IMG/VR virus record: IMGVR_UViG_3300020440_001565
Location: 1 to 64,000 of that record
Strand: one strand, 5' to 3'
Length of the DNA stretch: 64,000 nucleotides
Origin: a virus
Lineage: Duplodnaviria > Caudoviricetes
Made by a program: the position numbers and the translations under genes. The first letter of the stretch is position 1; every line of letters begins with the position of its first letter. Of the stretch, positions 29,937 through 39,739 are shown one piece after another. Below the pieces are notes generated by a model. The model was given only the letters and a program-made list of their open reading frames with translations, was not told where the DNA came from and ran no database searches.

Positions 29937-30369
29937 ATGCTCTCACAGCCCAATAGGCACTATATTTTTTCCATGATGCTACTAGTGGTTCTGTTTCCGC
30001 CATACCTTGCTTAAAGACATCGTCAGCAAGTTTTCTTAACTCTGCAAATTCTTTTTTACTGATATCATTTCTTTTAGCATTAATTCTTTCATATAGAATA
30101 TCATGTACTACAGCTGGTCTGGCCACATCAAATGGTGCAATGAAGGCCCAACAAGCTCTTGGTACTGATGCTAAATCTGTGATGTATCCGGTTGGTACAG
30201 TAATCTTACCACCTGATGAAATCTTTACATCTACTTTTGCTGTTTTGAATTTTTTAATTTCTTCTGCTGTTAAATCACTTTGGAAAACAAGATCCTTTTG
30301 TAGTTTCCATTTTTTCGGTCTTTTGAACTTACCGTATAAAAGGTCGTTCCATTTCTTTTTCTCTGCCAT
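29893..30369 (-). CDS. DUF1353-family protein
   Basis: VPTGYITDLASVP and PAVVHDILY motifs. Confidence 0.75.
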   Translation of the reverse strand: MAEKKKWNDLLYGKFKRPKKWKLQKDLVFQSDLTAEEIKKFKTAKVDVKISSGGKITVPTGYITDLASVPRACWAFIAPFDVARPAVVHDILYERINAKRNDISKKEFAELRKLADDVFKQGMAETEPLVASWKKYSAYWAVRAFGRFAIKNSMARKW

Positions 30370-30377
30370 TATAATTC

Positions 30378-30785
30378 CTATCTCATTAATTTTTTTACTT
30401 GATCTTCATTTATAGAAAGTACATCGTCTCTACCATGAAACTTGACATTCCATTCTGATAACCCAGTTATATTTTTTACATCATATAGTATTTGTCCAAG
30501 TGTTTTCATTATATCTGAATCCTTATTGACTTCTACAAATACTTTAAACTTGCCATCTTTACCTGGACCAGGTGATGCTTCTGCATCAATTACGTCATAG
30601 TAACTTCTGTCTATGTATCTTGCTAAATCATCTGCTGGTTCTTTGTCTTTTACAGAAAAAGCTATGACACAAACTCTGTCTTCTGAGTCTGTTTTAGGTT
30701 CAAATTCGTTAATAGAAACTATGTTTTCAATAAGCCCATCTAAGTCGTTTGTTTTTAATCCTTCATATAATTCTTGTTTATTCAT
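30378..30785 (-). CDS. hypothetical phage protein
   Basis: 135-aa ORF. Confidence 0.7.
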   Translation of the reverse strand: MNKQELYEGLKTNDLDGLIENIVSINEFEPKTDSEDRVCVIAFSVKDKEPADDLARYIDRSYYDVIDAEASPGPGKDGKFKVFVEVNKDSDIMKTLGQILYDVKNITGLSEWNVKFHGRDDVLSINEDQVKKLMR

Positions 30786-30786
30786 T

Positions 30787-31275
30787 TTACTCCTCCGGAT
30801 TATTAATCATTGTGTCTGCGACTGTTTGTGTTGGCTTGTTATCTTCAGTGTCATCATCAGTTAGCTCAGAATCTATTGTAACATATTTCTTTGGCATTTT
30901 GATATTAACAATCCATACAGGAACCTCGTCTACTTTTGGTTTTTTACTTCCGTTTTCTTGGTAATCTGCTGGTTCTTCAACTCTACGTGGATCTAAATAA
31001 TAATCTTTCTGATATGATACTTTGCAATCTTTTTTGATTAATCTCATGCCACCTGTTGGATCAGGCATCTTTTCTCTTGGATACATTAGTGAAAGTTCAA
31101 TCCAATATCTTGAAAGATGTGGACCTTCAACTATTTCACCCTCTATCCAATTCTGATAGGTATATAGACCTAGCTCATCTAGTACACGTTCAAACTCGAT
31201 AAGAATATCAGTCAGACCCGTACTTTTGCTAATCTTATAGTGGTTTTTTACTGTATCTGTACTTTGTATTGGCAT
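30787..31275 (-). CDS. hypothetical late protein
   Basis: 162-aa ORF, AATAAATA box upstream. Confidence 0.7.
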   Translation of the reverse strand: MPIQSTDTVKNHYKISKSTGLTDILIEFERVLDELGLYTYQNWIEGEIVEGPHLSRYWIELSLMYPREKMPDPTGGMRLIKKDCKVSYQKDYYLDPRRVEEPADYQENGSKKPKVDEVPVWIVNIKMPKKYVTIDSELTDDDTEDNKPTQTVADTMINNPEE

Positions 31276-31294
31276 AACAATAGTATTTATTATC

Positions 31295-31519
31295 TTATTT
31301 CAGATATGCTACTAGTTCTTGATAGCCACCAATATATTTGTCATCAACAAAGATCTGAGGTACAGTTCTTACAGTATTACCTACTTTCTCTTCCAGCTTA
31401 TCTTTGTCAATATCTTTACCAACTTGATACTCTGTAAAATCGATACCTTTGCTTTCTAACAAATTCTTAGCCAGCTTACAAAAATTGCATATCGGCGTTG
31501 AATAAATTTCCGCTTTCAT
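31295..31519 (-). CDS. glutaredoxin
   Basis: CNFC active site, TVPQIF, IGGY. Confidence 0.9.
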   Translation of the reverse strand: MKAEIYSTPICNFCKLAKNLLESKGIDFTEYQVGKDIDKDKLEEKVGNTVRTVPQIFVDDKYIGGYQELVAYLK

Positions 31520-31527
31520 GATTTCTC

Positions 31528-32562
31528 CTATTTTGGTTGTAAATTTTTAGACTTCAGATGTATAAAGAACTGCTTTATTTCTCCATCTCTCCAAACTTTA
31601 ACTTCTATTGTGTCACCTGGGTTCTTTCCCCATAGTGCTTTGATAATATCTATAGTGGTTTCAACCTTCATGTTATTTACTTCGGTTATCATATCTCCAA
31701 CTAATATACCAGAAGTTTCTGCTCCATATCCTGGTTGTAATGCACCAACTTTTACAATAGTATCAAGGCCGTATTCATCTCTAATAACAAAGTATTCATC
31801 TTTATCTGTTATCTGTTCCATTTTAATTCCAATAACAGGATACTCCACTTTACTGTCTTTTATAAGTTCATCAACGACCCATTTAGCAAGGTTACTTGGT
31901 AATGCAAATCCATAACCTATATATGTTCCTGTTGGTGAGACAATCAATGTGTTGACACCAATTACTTCGCCTTGCATATTAAACAAAGGACCGCCTGAGT
32001 TACCTCTGTTTATGACAGTATCAGTTTGAATGTATAGTGAGTTACCTGAATCTTTAGCTCTATCAAGTGCTGATACAATACCTTTTGTTACTGACCATAT
32101 TTGTCCGCCGCCATGCCCAATAGCATAAACTTCATTGCCAACTTTCATATCTCCTGAATCACCCCAGTCAACAATTTCTTCTGGTTGTTCGGGTAAGTCG
32201 ATTTTTAATACTGCTATATCATATCTTTCATCAATACCAATTATCTCAACATCTTCAAACAAGAAAGGATAGTCAAGTAATGCTACATTTACCTTGACTG
32301 CATTTTTGATTACATGAGCATTAGTAACAATGTAACCTTCTTTACTGATTATAAATCCTGTACCTTGACCTATTTGTGTTTTTTGGTCTTCTTTTAAGAA
32401 TTTGTTATATGGAGTATTTGGATCTACTGTTGATGCTGTCGAAATTATATATGCTACTGCTCTTGATGTATCATCAACTACTTTTGAAAAACTGTCAGTA
32501 GATGCTTGTAGAGAAGATGTTAATCCTACTACAAATACCAACATTATAAAAAATCTTTTCAT
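31528..32562 (-). CDS. HtrA/DegP-family periplasmic serine protease with one PDZ domain
   Basis: Signal peptide, TNAHV, DIAVL, GNSGGPL, C-terminal PDZ. Confidence 0.92.
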   Translation of the reverse strand: MKRFFIMLVFVVGLTSSLQASTDSFSKVVDDTSRAVAYIISTASTVDPNTPYNKFLKEDQKTQIGQGTGFIISKEGYIVTNAHVIKNAVKVNVALLDYPFLFEDVEIIGIDERYDIAVLKIDLPEQPEEIVDWGDSGDMKVGNEVYAIGHGGGQIWSVTKGIVSALDRAKDSGNSLYIQTDTVINRGNSGGPLFNMQGEVIGVNTLIVSPTGTYIGYGFALPSNLAKWVVDELIKDSKVEYPVIGIKMEQITDKDEYFVIRDEYGLDTIVKVGALQPGYGAETSGILVGDMITEVNNMKVETTIDIIKALWGKNPGDTIEVKVWRDGEIKQFFIHLKSKNLQPK

Positions 32563-32771
32563 TAAAAATTACCTCCGTCAGCCTCCACCATTTCATCTTG
32601 TTTCTTTAATGGGGCCTCTTGCTTTACCTTATCTTTACTATCAAGTAACAGTCTATTAACATCTGATACAATCGCTATAGCATCAGCCATTGTCAGTCTT
32701 AATTCTTTCGATTTTGACTGCATTGCTCCTGTTACCATTTTGTTAAACTTATAAAGGTTCGGGTACTGCAT
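32562..32771 (-). CDS. hypothetical protein
   Basis: 69-aa ORF with RBS. Confidence 0.6.
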   Translation of the reverse strand: MQYPNLYKFNKMVTGAMQSKSKELRLTMADAIAIVSDVNRLLLDSKDKVKQEAPLKKQDEMVEADGGNF

Positions 32772-33255
32772 CTTTTAATTTTGTTTTTGTCTCTTTTTTA
32801 AATGTACTTAAATTAATATTTAGTTCCATTTCTGATCTAAAAGGACCAACAAACTCTAAACATTTTTCTGTGAGTGTTATTAGTTTAGGATTATTACTTG
32901 GAAATATACCGCCTTCAAACCTTACACCATAATATCCTGCACAATATCTGTCATGAGATTTCTCAGTTTTAGTAAATGTAGGAATTTTATCAAACCACTG
33001 TACATTGAAAGGTTTTACTTTTGTAGGAAAACCTTCTACATCATGTTGTGTTGGTGCATCTATTTTTGTAGATATTTTTTGAAATATATCTGTATCAAAA
33101 TTTTTAATTACATCTTGTTTTGATTCAAATACTTGTATGTCTTGTTCTTGCTTTACATGATACTGATTTTTCTTAAATTCGATTGTACCGATGTTAATTT
33201 CACCATCTTTTAGTAACCAAAATTTTTCTTTCAGTATTTGTTTTGCGTGTATCAT
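32749..33255 (-). CDS. hypothetical phage protein
   Basis: 168-aa ORF. Confidence 0.65.
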   Translation of the reverse strand: MIHAKQILKEKFWLLKDGEINIGTIEFKKNQYHVKQEQDIQVFESKQDVIKNFDTDIFQKISTKIDAPTQHDVEGFPTKVKPFNVQWFDKIPTFTKTEKSHDRYCAGYYGVRFEGGIFPSNNPKLITLTEKCLEFVGPFRSEMELNINLSTFKKETKTKLKDAVPEPL

Positions 33256-33258
33256 TTT

Positions 33259-34227
33259 TTAATTATATCCAGCATTTAAGTACTTTGCATGATCAGTTGG
33301 ATTTTCACTGAGTCTTGTTAAACTGTATTTACTACAAAACTTCATAAACCTTATTCCTACTTGATCAATTGACTTAGAATTCTGTGCATTAGCTATCTGT
33401 TCAAATACTTCAGCTCTAATTTCATCTGGTTGTAATGTTAAATCAATTAGATGCTTGTTTCTTTCGTACACATCACCGACTCTGTGTTCATTGCCATTAT
33501 GATCAGTCCATCTCTGCATCATAATATTGTTCCATGTAAATCCTTTATTTTTCCTATCGTCATATGCTTCTCTAATTTTTGTTTTTCTTACTTTAGGATA
33601 GGCTGTAAAAATATTATCAGATGAGTCACCACGTATGCATTTTTCAAACAATAACCACTCAGGCTCAGGTGCCGACATAGGCTTTTTAGTTTTCTTATCT
33701 ATTACGGGTTGATTCTTTTCATCATAAACACCATCATACATGACAATTTGATTTGTCATGCCATTATACATTGAAACGTTTTGATTAATCAATTGATAAA
33801 AGTCAGAGTCTGTACTCACTATAATATTTTTAGAATCTTTGTGTGCTTCAATCCATAATGCAATTACATCATCTGCTTCTGCATTTGGAGATCTAATTGC
33901 TGAACAATTCGTTTGCTCATTTACAAATTTTAAGAAGTCATCATATGCTTCCCACCAAAACTGATCTTCTTCTTGTTCATTTGGTGATCGTTTATCTAGT
34001 ACGACTTTTCTATTTTTCTTGTAAGGTTCATAAACATCTTTACGCCACGAACGTCCTTCAAGACAGAATATAACATGAGATCCAGAAAATAAATTTGTTG
34101 CTTTTTTAACTGAATTAAACATGATATGAAAAGCAAGACCAATTTTCTCATCAAGAGAAGCCGCACGTCCGGCCACGTGTCTTGCTCTAAAAAACATATT
34201 TTGTGAATCAACTAGTATATATGTCAT
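33259..34227 (-). CDS. T4 RNase H-like 5'-3' exonuclease (FEN family)
   Basis: ILVDSQN, EADDVIA, STDSDFYQL, GDSSDNI. Confidence 0.88.
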   Translation of the reverse strand: MTYILVDSQNMFFRARHVAGRAASLDEKIGLAFHIMFNSVKKATNLFSGSHVIFCLEGRSWRKDVYEPYKKNRKVVLDKRSPNEQEEDQFWWEAYDDFLKFVNEQTNCSAIRSPNAEADDVIALWIEAHKDSKNIIVSTDSDFYQLINQNVSMYNGMTNQIVMYDGVYDEKNQPVIDKKTKKPMSAPEPEWLLFEKCIRGDSSDNIFTAYPKVRKTKIREAYDDRKNKGFTWNNIMMQRWTDHNGNEHRVGDVYERNKHLIDLTLQPDEIRAEVFEQIANAQNSKSIDQVGIRFMKFCSKYSLTRLSENPTDHAKYLNAGYN

Positions 34228-34751
34228 TACGAATACTCAACTTTACCATCTCCAACTTCCTTTTTATCTACTGGTCCTGTATCTTCGCCTGCTTTCATTT
34301 GTTCTTGCAATTCTGCTAAGACATCTGGATCAGTTGTTTCTAGTGCAATGTTTCGACAAAGTTCATCAAACCATTGACTTACTACTTGGTCATCTTCTGG
34401 TGCTGTGTATCCATTTGATTTTAAGTTTTCAATAAAGTGTTCATTCCAATCTAGTTCAAAGAAACCTTTCTTTGGATTCTTTGGATCAAAATTTGTTTTA
34501 ACTACTACAACATAAGGCTCGCCTTTAATTGTTGCTAGTTCTTTATTGAATTCATCTTTTGTTAGTTTGCCATATTTTAGATCAACGTCTAACAATTTGA
34601 GTTTCAACTCAGCTTCATTATCAGCATACTTGATCTCAAGTATTTTTCTCTCTAGTGCCTCTCCAGATAATTCATGTTGAGCTTTAGCAATTTCTTTTGC
34701 TTCGCTTTTCATAAACCATCCTTTAGGATTTAGTATAAACGGTATTTTCAT
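34227..34751 (-). CDS. hypothetical phage protein
   Basis: 174-aa ORF with own promoter. Confidence 0.7.
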   Translation of the reverse strand: MKIPFILNPKGWFMKSEAKEIAKAQHELSGEALERKILEIKYADNEAELKLKLLDVDLKYGKLTKDEFNKELATIKGEPYVVVVKTNFDPKNPKKGFFELDWNEHFIENLKSNGYTAPEDDQVVSQWFDELCRNIALETTDPDVLAELQEQMKAGEDTGPVDKKEVGDGKVEYS

Positions 34752-34757
34752 AATTAT

Positions 34758-34786
34758 AATATACTATCCTTTCCTGTTTCTGTCAA
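34758..34786 (-). promoter_or_regulatory. sigma70-type promoter
   Basis: TTGACA-N17-TATATT, 6 nt before ATG. Confidence 0.7.
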
Positions 34787-34789
34787 GTA

Positions 34790-34924
34790 TTATCCAAATA
34801 TATTTCGAATATTTTCTGGAAGTTTTGATTTAATTGGGTTCCAGATTGCTTCTTCTATTGGACCCAAATATTTAGGTCTTGGTGTTAACCAACCTATTAA
34901 TATTCCAATTAATATGTATTCCAT
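34790..34924 (-). CDS. 44-aa membrane peptide
   Basis: MEYILIGILIGWLTPRPKYLG...; AAGGAG RBS. Confidence 0.6.
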   Translation of the reverse strand: MEYILIGILIGWLTPRPKYLGPIEEAIWNPIKSKLPENIRNIFG

Positions 34925-34932
34925 ACTACTCC

Positions 34933-35838
34933 TTACGTTCCTATTGCATTACCAAAAAGATAAACATGAACTCTTGCCGCAACATTGTATCCACGTTTAA
35001 ATGCCTTTTCAGCCACTTTACCTGCTCCTGCTGTTTGTTCTTCTTCTCTTGCACCTGTTGGCATAACCCATATGGGCCAGTCAACACCTGCTTCTTTAAA
35101 CTGTTTGATTACGGATTCCATTTCATCCCATTCTCTATCTTTTGGACCTACCACAAACTTCAACTGTCCTTTGCTAGATAATTTTCTATATTCTGCAACC
35201 ACTTCAGGCTTAATTGCCTTTTCTGGCTTTTCTCCTGATACTGTAAATAGTTTAGGGCTTACACTAAAAAATATTTCTGTATCAATTCTGTTTACCCAAT
35301 CAATAAATGGTTGTCTAATTTTTTGTGTACCGTTAGTTTCAAATGTCATCGACTCTGGCAAATTACCTTGTCTTTCAAGTTCTTCATATATTCCTACAGT
35401 TGCAAATTGTCCTGTTGCCATCAATGGTTCACCACCTGTTATACATAAGTGTTGTCTTTGTTTTGTAATAGGATGTAGAAATAATCCTTCAGGATTACTT
35501 TCATTCTTCATTATGTCTACAATTTTGTTTGCTAATGTTGATGGAGTCTCATGCCCCATTAAACCTTTAAACTTCTTTGCCCAAGTATAAGAACTATCAC
35601 AACCTTTTTCCCACACAGGCAAGTCTTCTACTCTTTTTACTGTTGATATATCAAAGTCTTCAAATGGCAATTCATATGTATCAGGATTAGTTGGATCTAT
35701 TTGTCCAAATCCGTTGCATTGTAGATTGCATAGAAAAAATCTTATCCATGCTGTTGGAACACCCGTGTAATGTCCTTCACCTTGAATAGAGTGAAATATC
35801 TCCGAATAATAATATTTTTTTTCTTGCATCTTATCCAT
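34933..35838 (-). CDS. queE: 7-carboxy-7-deazaguanine synthase (QueE-like radical SAM)
   Basis: YYSEIFHSIQGEG, WIRFFLCNLQC, GCDS, ITGGEP, ETNG, SVSPK, RVHVYLFG. Confidence 0.8.
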   Translation of the reverse strand: MDKMQEKKYYYSEIFHSIQGEGHYTGVPTAWIRFFLCNLQCNGFGQIDPTNPDTYELPFEDFDISTVKRVEDLPVWEKGCDSSYTWAKKFKGLMGHETPSTLANKIVDIMKNESNPEGLFLHPITKQRQHLCITGGEPLMATGQFATVGIYEELERQGNLPESMTFETNGTQKIRQPFIDWVNRIDTEIFFSVSPKLFTVSGEKPEKAIKPEVVAEYRKLSSKGQLKFVVGPKDREWDEMESVIKQFKEAGVDWPIWVMPTGAREEEQTAGAGKVAEKAFKRGYNVAARVHVYLFGNAIGT

Positions 35839-35852
35839 GATTATAGTATATA

Positions 35853-36305
35853 CTATTTAGGTTTTTTGTCAATTAGATTTTCAGGATTGTAAGGATCAAT
35901 TTCTCCTACTGCATTCCTGATACCAGCATTCCTGCCTTTTACATCACCTGTATGTCTTGGTAAGAAATGAATATGTGGCCAAAATATACTTTGTCCGGCC
36001 GCGGCATTTTGATTCATTGCAATATTGAACCCATCTATTTTGCCTTCTTTAACCATTTCCATTCCATCTCTGTATGCTTCTTGGAAACATAATCCAATCA
36101 TACCGGGTGCATCATTTGTTTTTGGAACATACAATTTATGTCCTTCAACTGCTGGATACTTGTCCATAAACACAGAATACTGTGGTTCATCTCTTAACGG
36201 CTCCGAATTCTGCCACCAAACTGCATCTTTATATTCTTTTGGATGTTTGTTATAATCTTTAGTTTCATCCTGGTAAACTTCCCAAGGCCATTTTTTATCA
36301 CTCAT
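35853..36305 (-). CDS. HIT-family nucleotide hydrolase
   Basis: AAGQSIFWPHIHFLPR. Confidence 0.85.
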   Translation of the reverse strand: MSDKKWPWEVYQDETKDYNKHPKEYKDAVWWQNSEPLRDEPQYSVFMDKYPAVEGHKLYVPKTNDAPGMIGLCFQEAYRDGMEMVKEGKIDGFNIAMNQNAAAGQSIFWPHIHFLPRHTGDVKGRNAGIRNAVGEIDPYNPENLIDKKPK

Positions 36306-36814
36306 CTTTTACTCCACCAATTTTCCCATGGGTATACATACCAGACAGGATCTTCTGTTTTGTTTACTGCATGAGAATAATAATCCACATCACCAAACTC
36401 TGATGCTTCATTTTCTGTTAATACTGCAAATCTAATGTTTGCTAACCAATTAATTTGAGTCTTACCATCTGTGATGATCTTACCTCTGTTATCCCAATCA
36501 TCAACAAGATATTTCAATGTTGATCCTGAATCATTGATATCGTCGACAATTAAAATATTTTTTCCATCAAGTGCATCTTGAGGCATCCATTCATTTACAA
36601 CAATCTGTTGATGATCTCGTAGTTGTATCTTTAAAGGGTGAAATGGAATATCAAAATAATGACTCAACATAACTCCCGGTATTAATCCGCCTCTACATAG
36701 TCCTACTATATAATCTGGTTTAAAATTATCTCTGTCTGTTGCAACCTGTCTTAAAATATCGTGTGTCATGTTGTCAACATCTTGCCAAGTATAAAAATGT
36801 TTTTTAATTGACAT
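36302..36814 (-). CDS. purine phosphoribosyltransferase (Gpt/Hpt-like)
   Basis: IVGLCRGGLIPG, LIVDDINDSGST, WYVYPWE; start taken at internal ATG 36814. Confidence 0.85.
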   Translation of the reverse strand: MSIKKHFYTWQDVDNMTHDILRQVATDRDNFKPDYIVGLCRGGLIPGVMLSHYFDIPFHPLKIQLRDHQQIVVNEWMPQDALDGKNILIVDDINDSGSTLKYLVDDWDNRGKIITDGKTQINWLANIRFAVLTENEASEFGDVDYYSHAVNKTEDPVWYVYPWENWWSKR

Positions 36815-37226
36815 TGCAAACTCTCTTTCTGAGATCTGTTGTACTAAATCTATGATCTCTTGTATTGAAGTACAATTCAATACCACGTTGATTACAAACA
36901 TTTTTGCCTGTAAAATCTTTATCCCTATATTCTTCTCCTAATATTCTAACATCAATAGGAAGTGTCTGTAGTATATCAATAACATCTTGCTCAGTTTGAT
37001 ATGGTAGTACTTCGTCAACATAATTAATTGCTTTAAGTTGTAGATATCTTTCAAACATTGTTTGTATAGGCTTATTCTTTGTGTCTGGTCTATCAATTGT
37101 TGGATCACTTTGTAATCCTACAATCAAATAATCGCATTGAGATTTTGCTTCACGAAGCATTGCTACGTGACCTGCGTGTAATAAATCGAATGTACTAAAT
37201 GTAATTCCTGTTTTGAATATGCTCAT
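36804..37226 (-). CDS. cytidylyltransferase (TagD/HIGH family)
   Basis: FDLLHAGH, LIVGLQSD, FSTT. Confidence 0.85.
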   Translation of the reverse strand: MSIFKTGITFSTFDLLHAGHVAMLREAKSQCDYLIVGLQSDPTIDRPDTKNKPIQTMFERYLQLKAINYVDEVLPYQTEQDVIDILQTLPIDVRILGEEYRDKDFTGKNVCNQRGIELYFNTRDHRFSTTDLRKRVCNVN

Positions 37227-37627
37227 AGATCTCCATCTTTTCTATTTTCAGAATTTGAAATATTAAACATTCCTCCTGGATATCTTGATTCTAATTTTTT
37301 AACATTTTCTTTTATTACTTCATCAGGATCCAAACCCAAAGCACGGCAAGAACTAATCCAATACCATATAATGTCCCCAAGTTCTCGTTTAAAATGAAAT
37401 ACAGTTTCATCATTAAGAGGTTTACCTTGGAATATACATTTTTTAACAATTTCATTAAATTCTCCTGTTTCTGATGATAACCCTATACCACCTGTTAAAA
37501 GCAATGCCATGTTTACACCACTACTGTTCTCTAGCCCTTCTAATTGTGTGTTGAGAGCTTTTGTTTCGTTGCTTTGTTCTGATGTGACTGCTTCTACAAA
37601 TTTTTTATATTCATTTAAATTAATCAT
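37223..37627 (-). CDS. MazG-like NTP pyrophosphohydrolase
   Basis: GLSSETGEFNEIVKK, RELGDIIWY, NVKKLESRYP. Confidence 0.85.
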   Translation of the reverse strand: MINLNEYKKFVEAVTSEQSNETKALNTQLEGLENSSGVNMALLLTGGIGLSSETGEFNEIVKKCIFQGKPLNDETVFHFKRELGDIIWYWISSCRALGLDPDEVIKENVKKLESRYPGGMFNISNSENRKDGDL

Positions 37628-37917
37628 TCATTCTTCTCCTTGTTATCATGTGCTGGTCTTGAATCGTATAACTTAGAATCAAAATGTGGATATAGATGAG
37701 TAGATTCCTCACCAGGTTCTTTGCCCCATTTTATCCAATTCCACCCACGTTCGTGAGCATAGTATAAAATCATTTTAGTTGCCACTTCAATACCTGCGAT
37801 TGCTCCTGCCCAATTGAGTTTACCTGTAATTAACCATGCAATTAAAAACGTATCTGTTGTTGCTAGTATCCTCCAGGTTAATGTCTTGGCAAGACTTCTC
37901 TTTGCCTGTGACTTCAT
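37624..37917 (-). CDS. DUF2061-type small membrane protein
   Basis: RSLAKTLTWRILAT and YYAHERGW. Confidence 0.7.
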   Translation of the reverse strand: MKSQAKRSLAKTLTWRILATTDTFLIAWLITGKLNWAGAIAGIEVATKMILYYAHERGWNWIKWGKEPGEESTHLYPHFDSKLYDSRPAHDNKEKNE

Positions 37918-37921
37918 TCAC

Positions 37922-38629
37922 CTACCCATGTCCTTTCATCGCAAAACAAATCTTGTAGAACTCTTCTCTTAACGCAGGATCTTTTTTAAATGCTCCATGC
38001 AATATTGAAGTAGTCATATCAGATTCATGTTCTCTAACACCTCTATGTGTCATACAATGATGTTCTGCTTTTAGTATTACTGCAATATGTTCTGTCTTTG
38101 CATATTTCTTTAACTCTTCTGCTACTTGAGTTGTCATTTCTTCTTGTATTTGTGGACGTTCAGCAATATGATGAACTATTCTATTAAACTTAGATAATCC
38201 TATTACTTCACCGTTAGGAATAATACCTACCCAACAATTACCTACAATGTTCTGAAAATGGTGAGCACAGGTTGATCTAACTGATATAGGACCAGAAGTA
38301 TATAAACTCTTGTATCCCATGTTAGGAAATGCTGTTACTCTAGGAGGTTGCTGATACCTACCACCAAATACTTCTTTAAGCCACATCTTTGCCACTCTCT
38401 TGGCTGTGTCTTGTGTATTATGATCATGCTCTGTGTCAATCACTAAAGAACTTAGAACACCTTGCATAGCTTCTTGTACTTCTGCTTGTAGTTCTTCTAG
38501 TTCACCTGGTAAAATGTAGTCTGCAATATTATCGTTGCAATGAAATCTTATGTTTTCTTTCTTAAGTCTTTCTTTGATCTTGTCTGATATTTTCACTTTG
38601 TTTCTCCGAGTTATTGACGAGGATGTCAC
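37922..38629 (-). CDS. folE: GTP cyclohydrolase I
   Basis: TAKRVAKM, STCAHHF, GLSKFNR, QIQE, HHCMTHRG. Confidence 0.92.
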   Translation of the reverse strand: MTSSSITRRNKVKISDKIKERLKKENIRFHCNDNIADYILPGELEELQAEVQEAMQGVLSSLVIDTEHDHNTQDTAKRVAKMWLKEVFGGRYQQPPRVTAFPNMGYKSLYTSGPISVRSTCAHHFQNIVGNCWVGIIPNGEVIGLSKFNRIVHHIAERPQIQEEMTTQVAEELKKYAKTEHIAVILKAEHHCMTHRGVREHESDMTTSILHGAFKKDPALREEFYKICFAMKGHG

Positions 38630-38632
38630 TTA

Positions 38633-39739
38633 TCATGCTGGTAACTTTTCCAAGTTTATTTCTTTATAATTATTACTTTCTAACCATTTTACAGTATCTT
38701 GACATATGACGTCAATCTCTGAGTACTGAGGTTTCCAAGATAATAATTCTTCTGCTTTGGTTACATCTGCCGCAACATGAGATGGGTCACCTTCTCTTCT
38801 TGGTTCTTCCTTAATTGGTATTGATCTTCCTAAAGACTTTTCCATGGCTTGTACTACTTCTCTAACACTAAATCCTTTACCAGCACCAATATTAAATTCT
38901 TCTGCTACTGGTGATTGTGCATTATCTAAATATTCATATGCTAATTTGAAAGCTCTAGCAACATCCCATACATGAGTGTAATCTCTAATGGCTGTGCCAT
39001 CAGGCGTATCATAATCTGTTCCAAAAATAGAAAAATGTGATTTACGACCTGCGGCCACTTCAACTATGTTTGGTATTAAGTGTGTTGGCTTGATTCTAAC
39101 TTCGCCTATTTGTGCATCTGGCGATGAACCACAAACATTAAACAATCTCATTGATGTTGATTTTAATCCATAAGCTCTTGCATAGTCTTTTAATACACCT
39201 TCTATCATTAATTTAGATCTGCCATAACTTGATAAAGGTTGTGTTCTATCACTTTCTACTATCGGCGGATTATGTCCTTCGCCGTATACTGAAGATGTAG
39301 AAGTAAAGATAAATTTATCTGTACCATTCTTTATTGCTAGGTTCAAAAGTTTAATTGTACCTATTACATTATTTTTATAATATTTTGCTGGCTCTGTAAC
39401 TGAAGGACCTACTAAACTATTTGCCGCTAAATGAATTACTGCATCAAAGTTATACTTTTTCCACATCTCATCAAGTTCAGCTCTATCCTCTTTGACAGTA
39501 TAATCTAACTTAAAATAATTGCCGTACTTGTTTGCAAAAGGTCTTGAATCTAGATTTCTATCAATTGAATATACAGTGAAACCTTGCTCCATTAAATATT
39601 TTGCTACGTGTGATCCAACGTAACCTGTTCCGCCTGTTAACAATACACTTTTATTTTTCATACTACTATTCATTATTAGTTTATATTTTTGCTGGAGCGA
39701 CATGGTCTCTGTATCTTGAATCGTTCCTTGCATAATCAC
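38633..39739 (-). CDS. galE: UDP-glucose 4-epimerase
   Basis: TGGTGYVGS, YGRSK, RLFNVCG, DGTAIRDYTHV; true start probably near 39664-39676. Confidence 0.88.
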   Translation of the reverse strand: MIMQGTIQDTETMSLQQKYKLIMNSSMKNKSVLLTGGTGYVGSHVAKYLMEQGFTVYSIDRNLDSRPFANKYGNYFKLDYTVKEDRAELDEMWKKYNFDAVIHLAANSLVGPSVTEPAKYYKNNVIGTIKLLNLAIKNGTDKFIFTSTSSVYGEGHNPPIVESDRTQPLSSYGRSKLMIEGVLKDYARAYGLKSTSMRLFNVCGSSPDAQIGEVRIKPTHLIPNIVEVAAGRKSHFSIFGTDYDTPDGTAIRDYTHVWDVARAFKLAYEYLDNAQSPVAEEFNIGAGKGFSVREVVQAMEKSLGRSIPIKEEPRREGDPSHVAADVTKAEELLSWKPQYSEIDVICQDTVKWLESNNYKEINLEKLPA

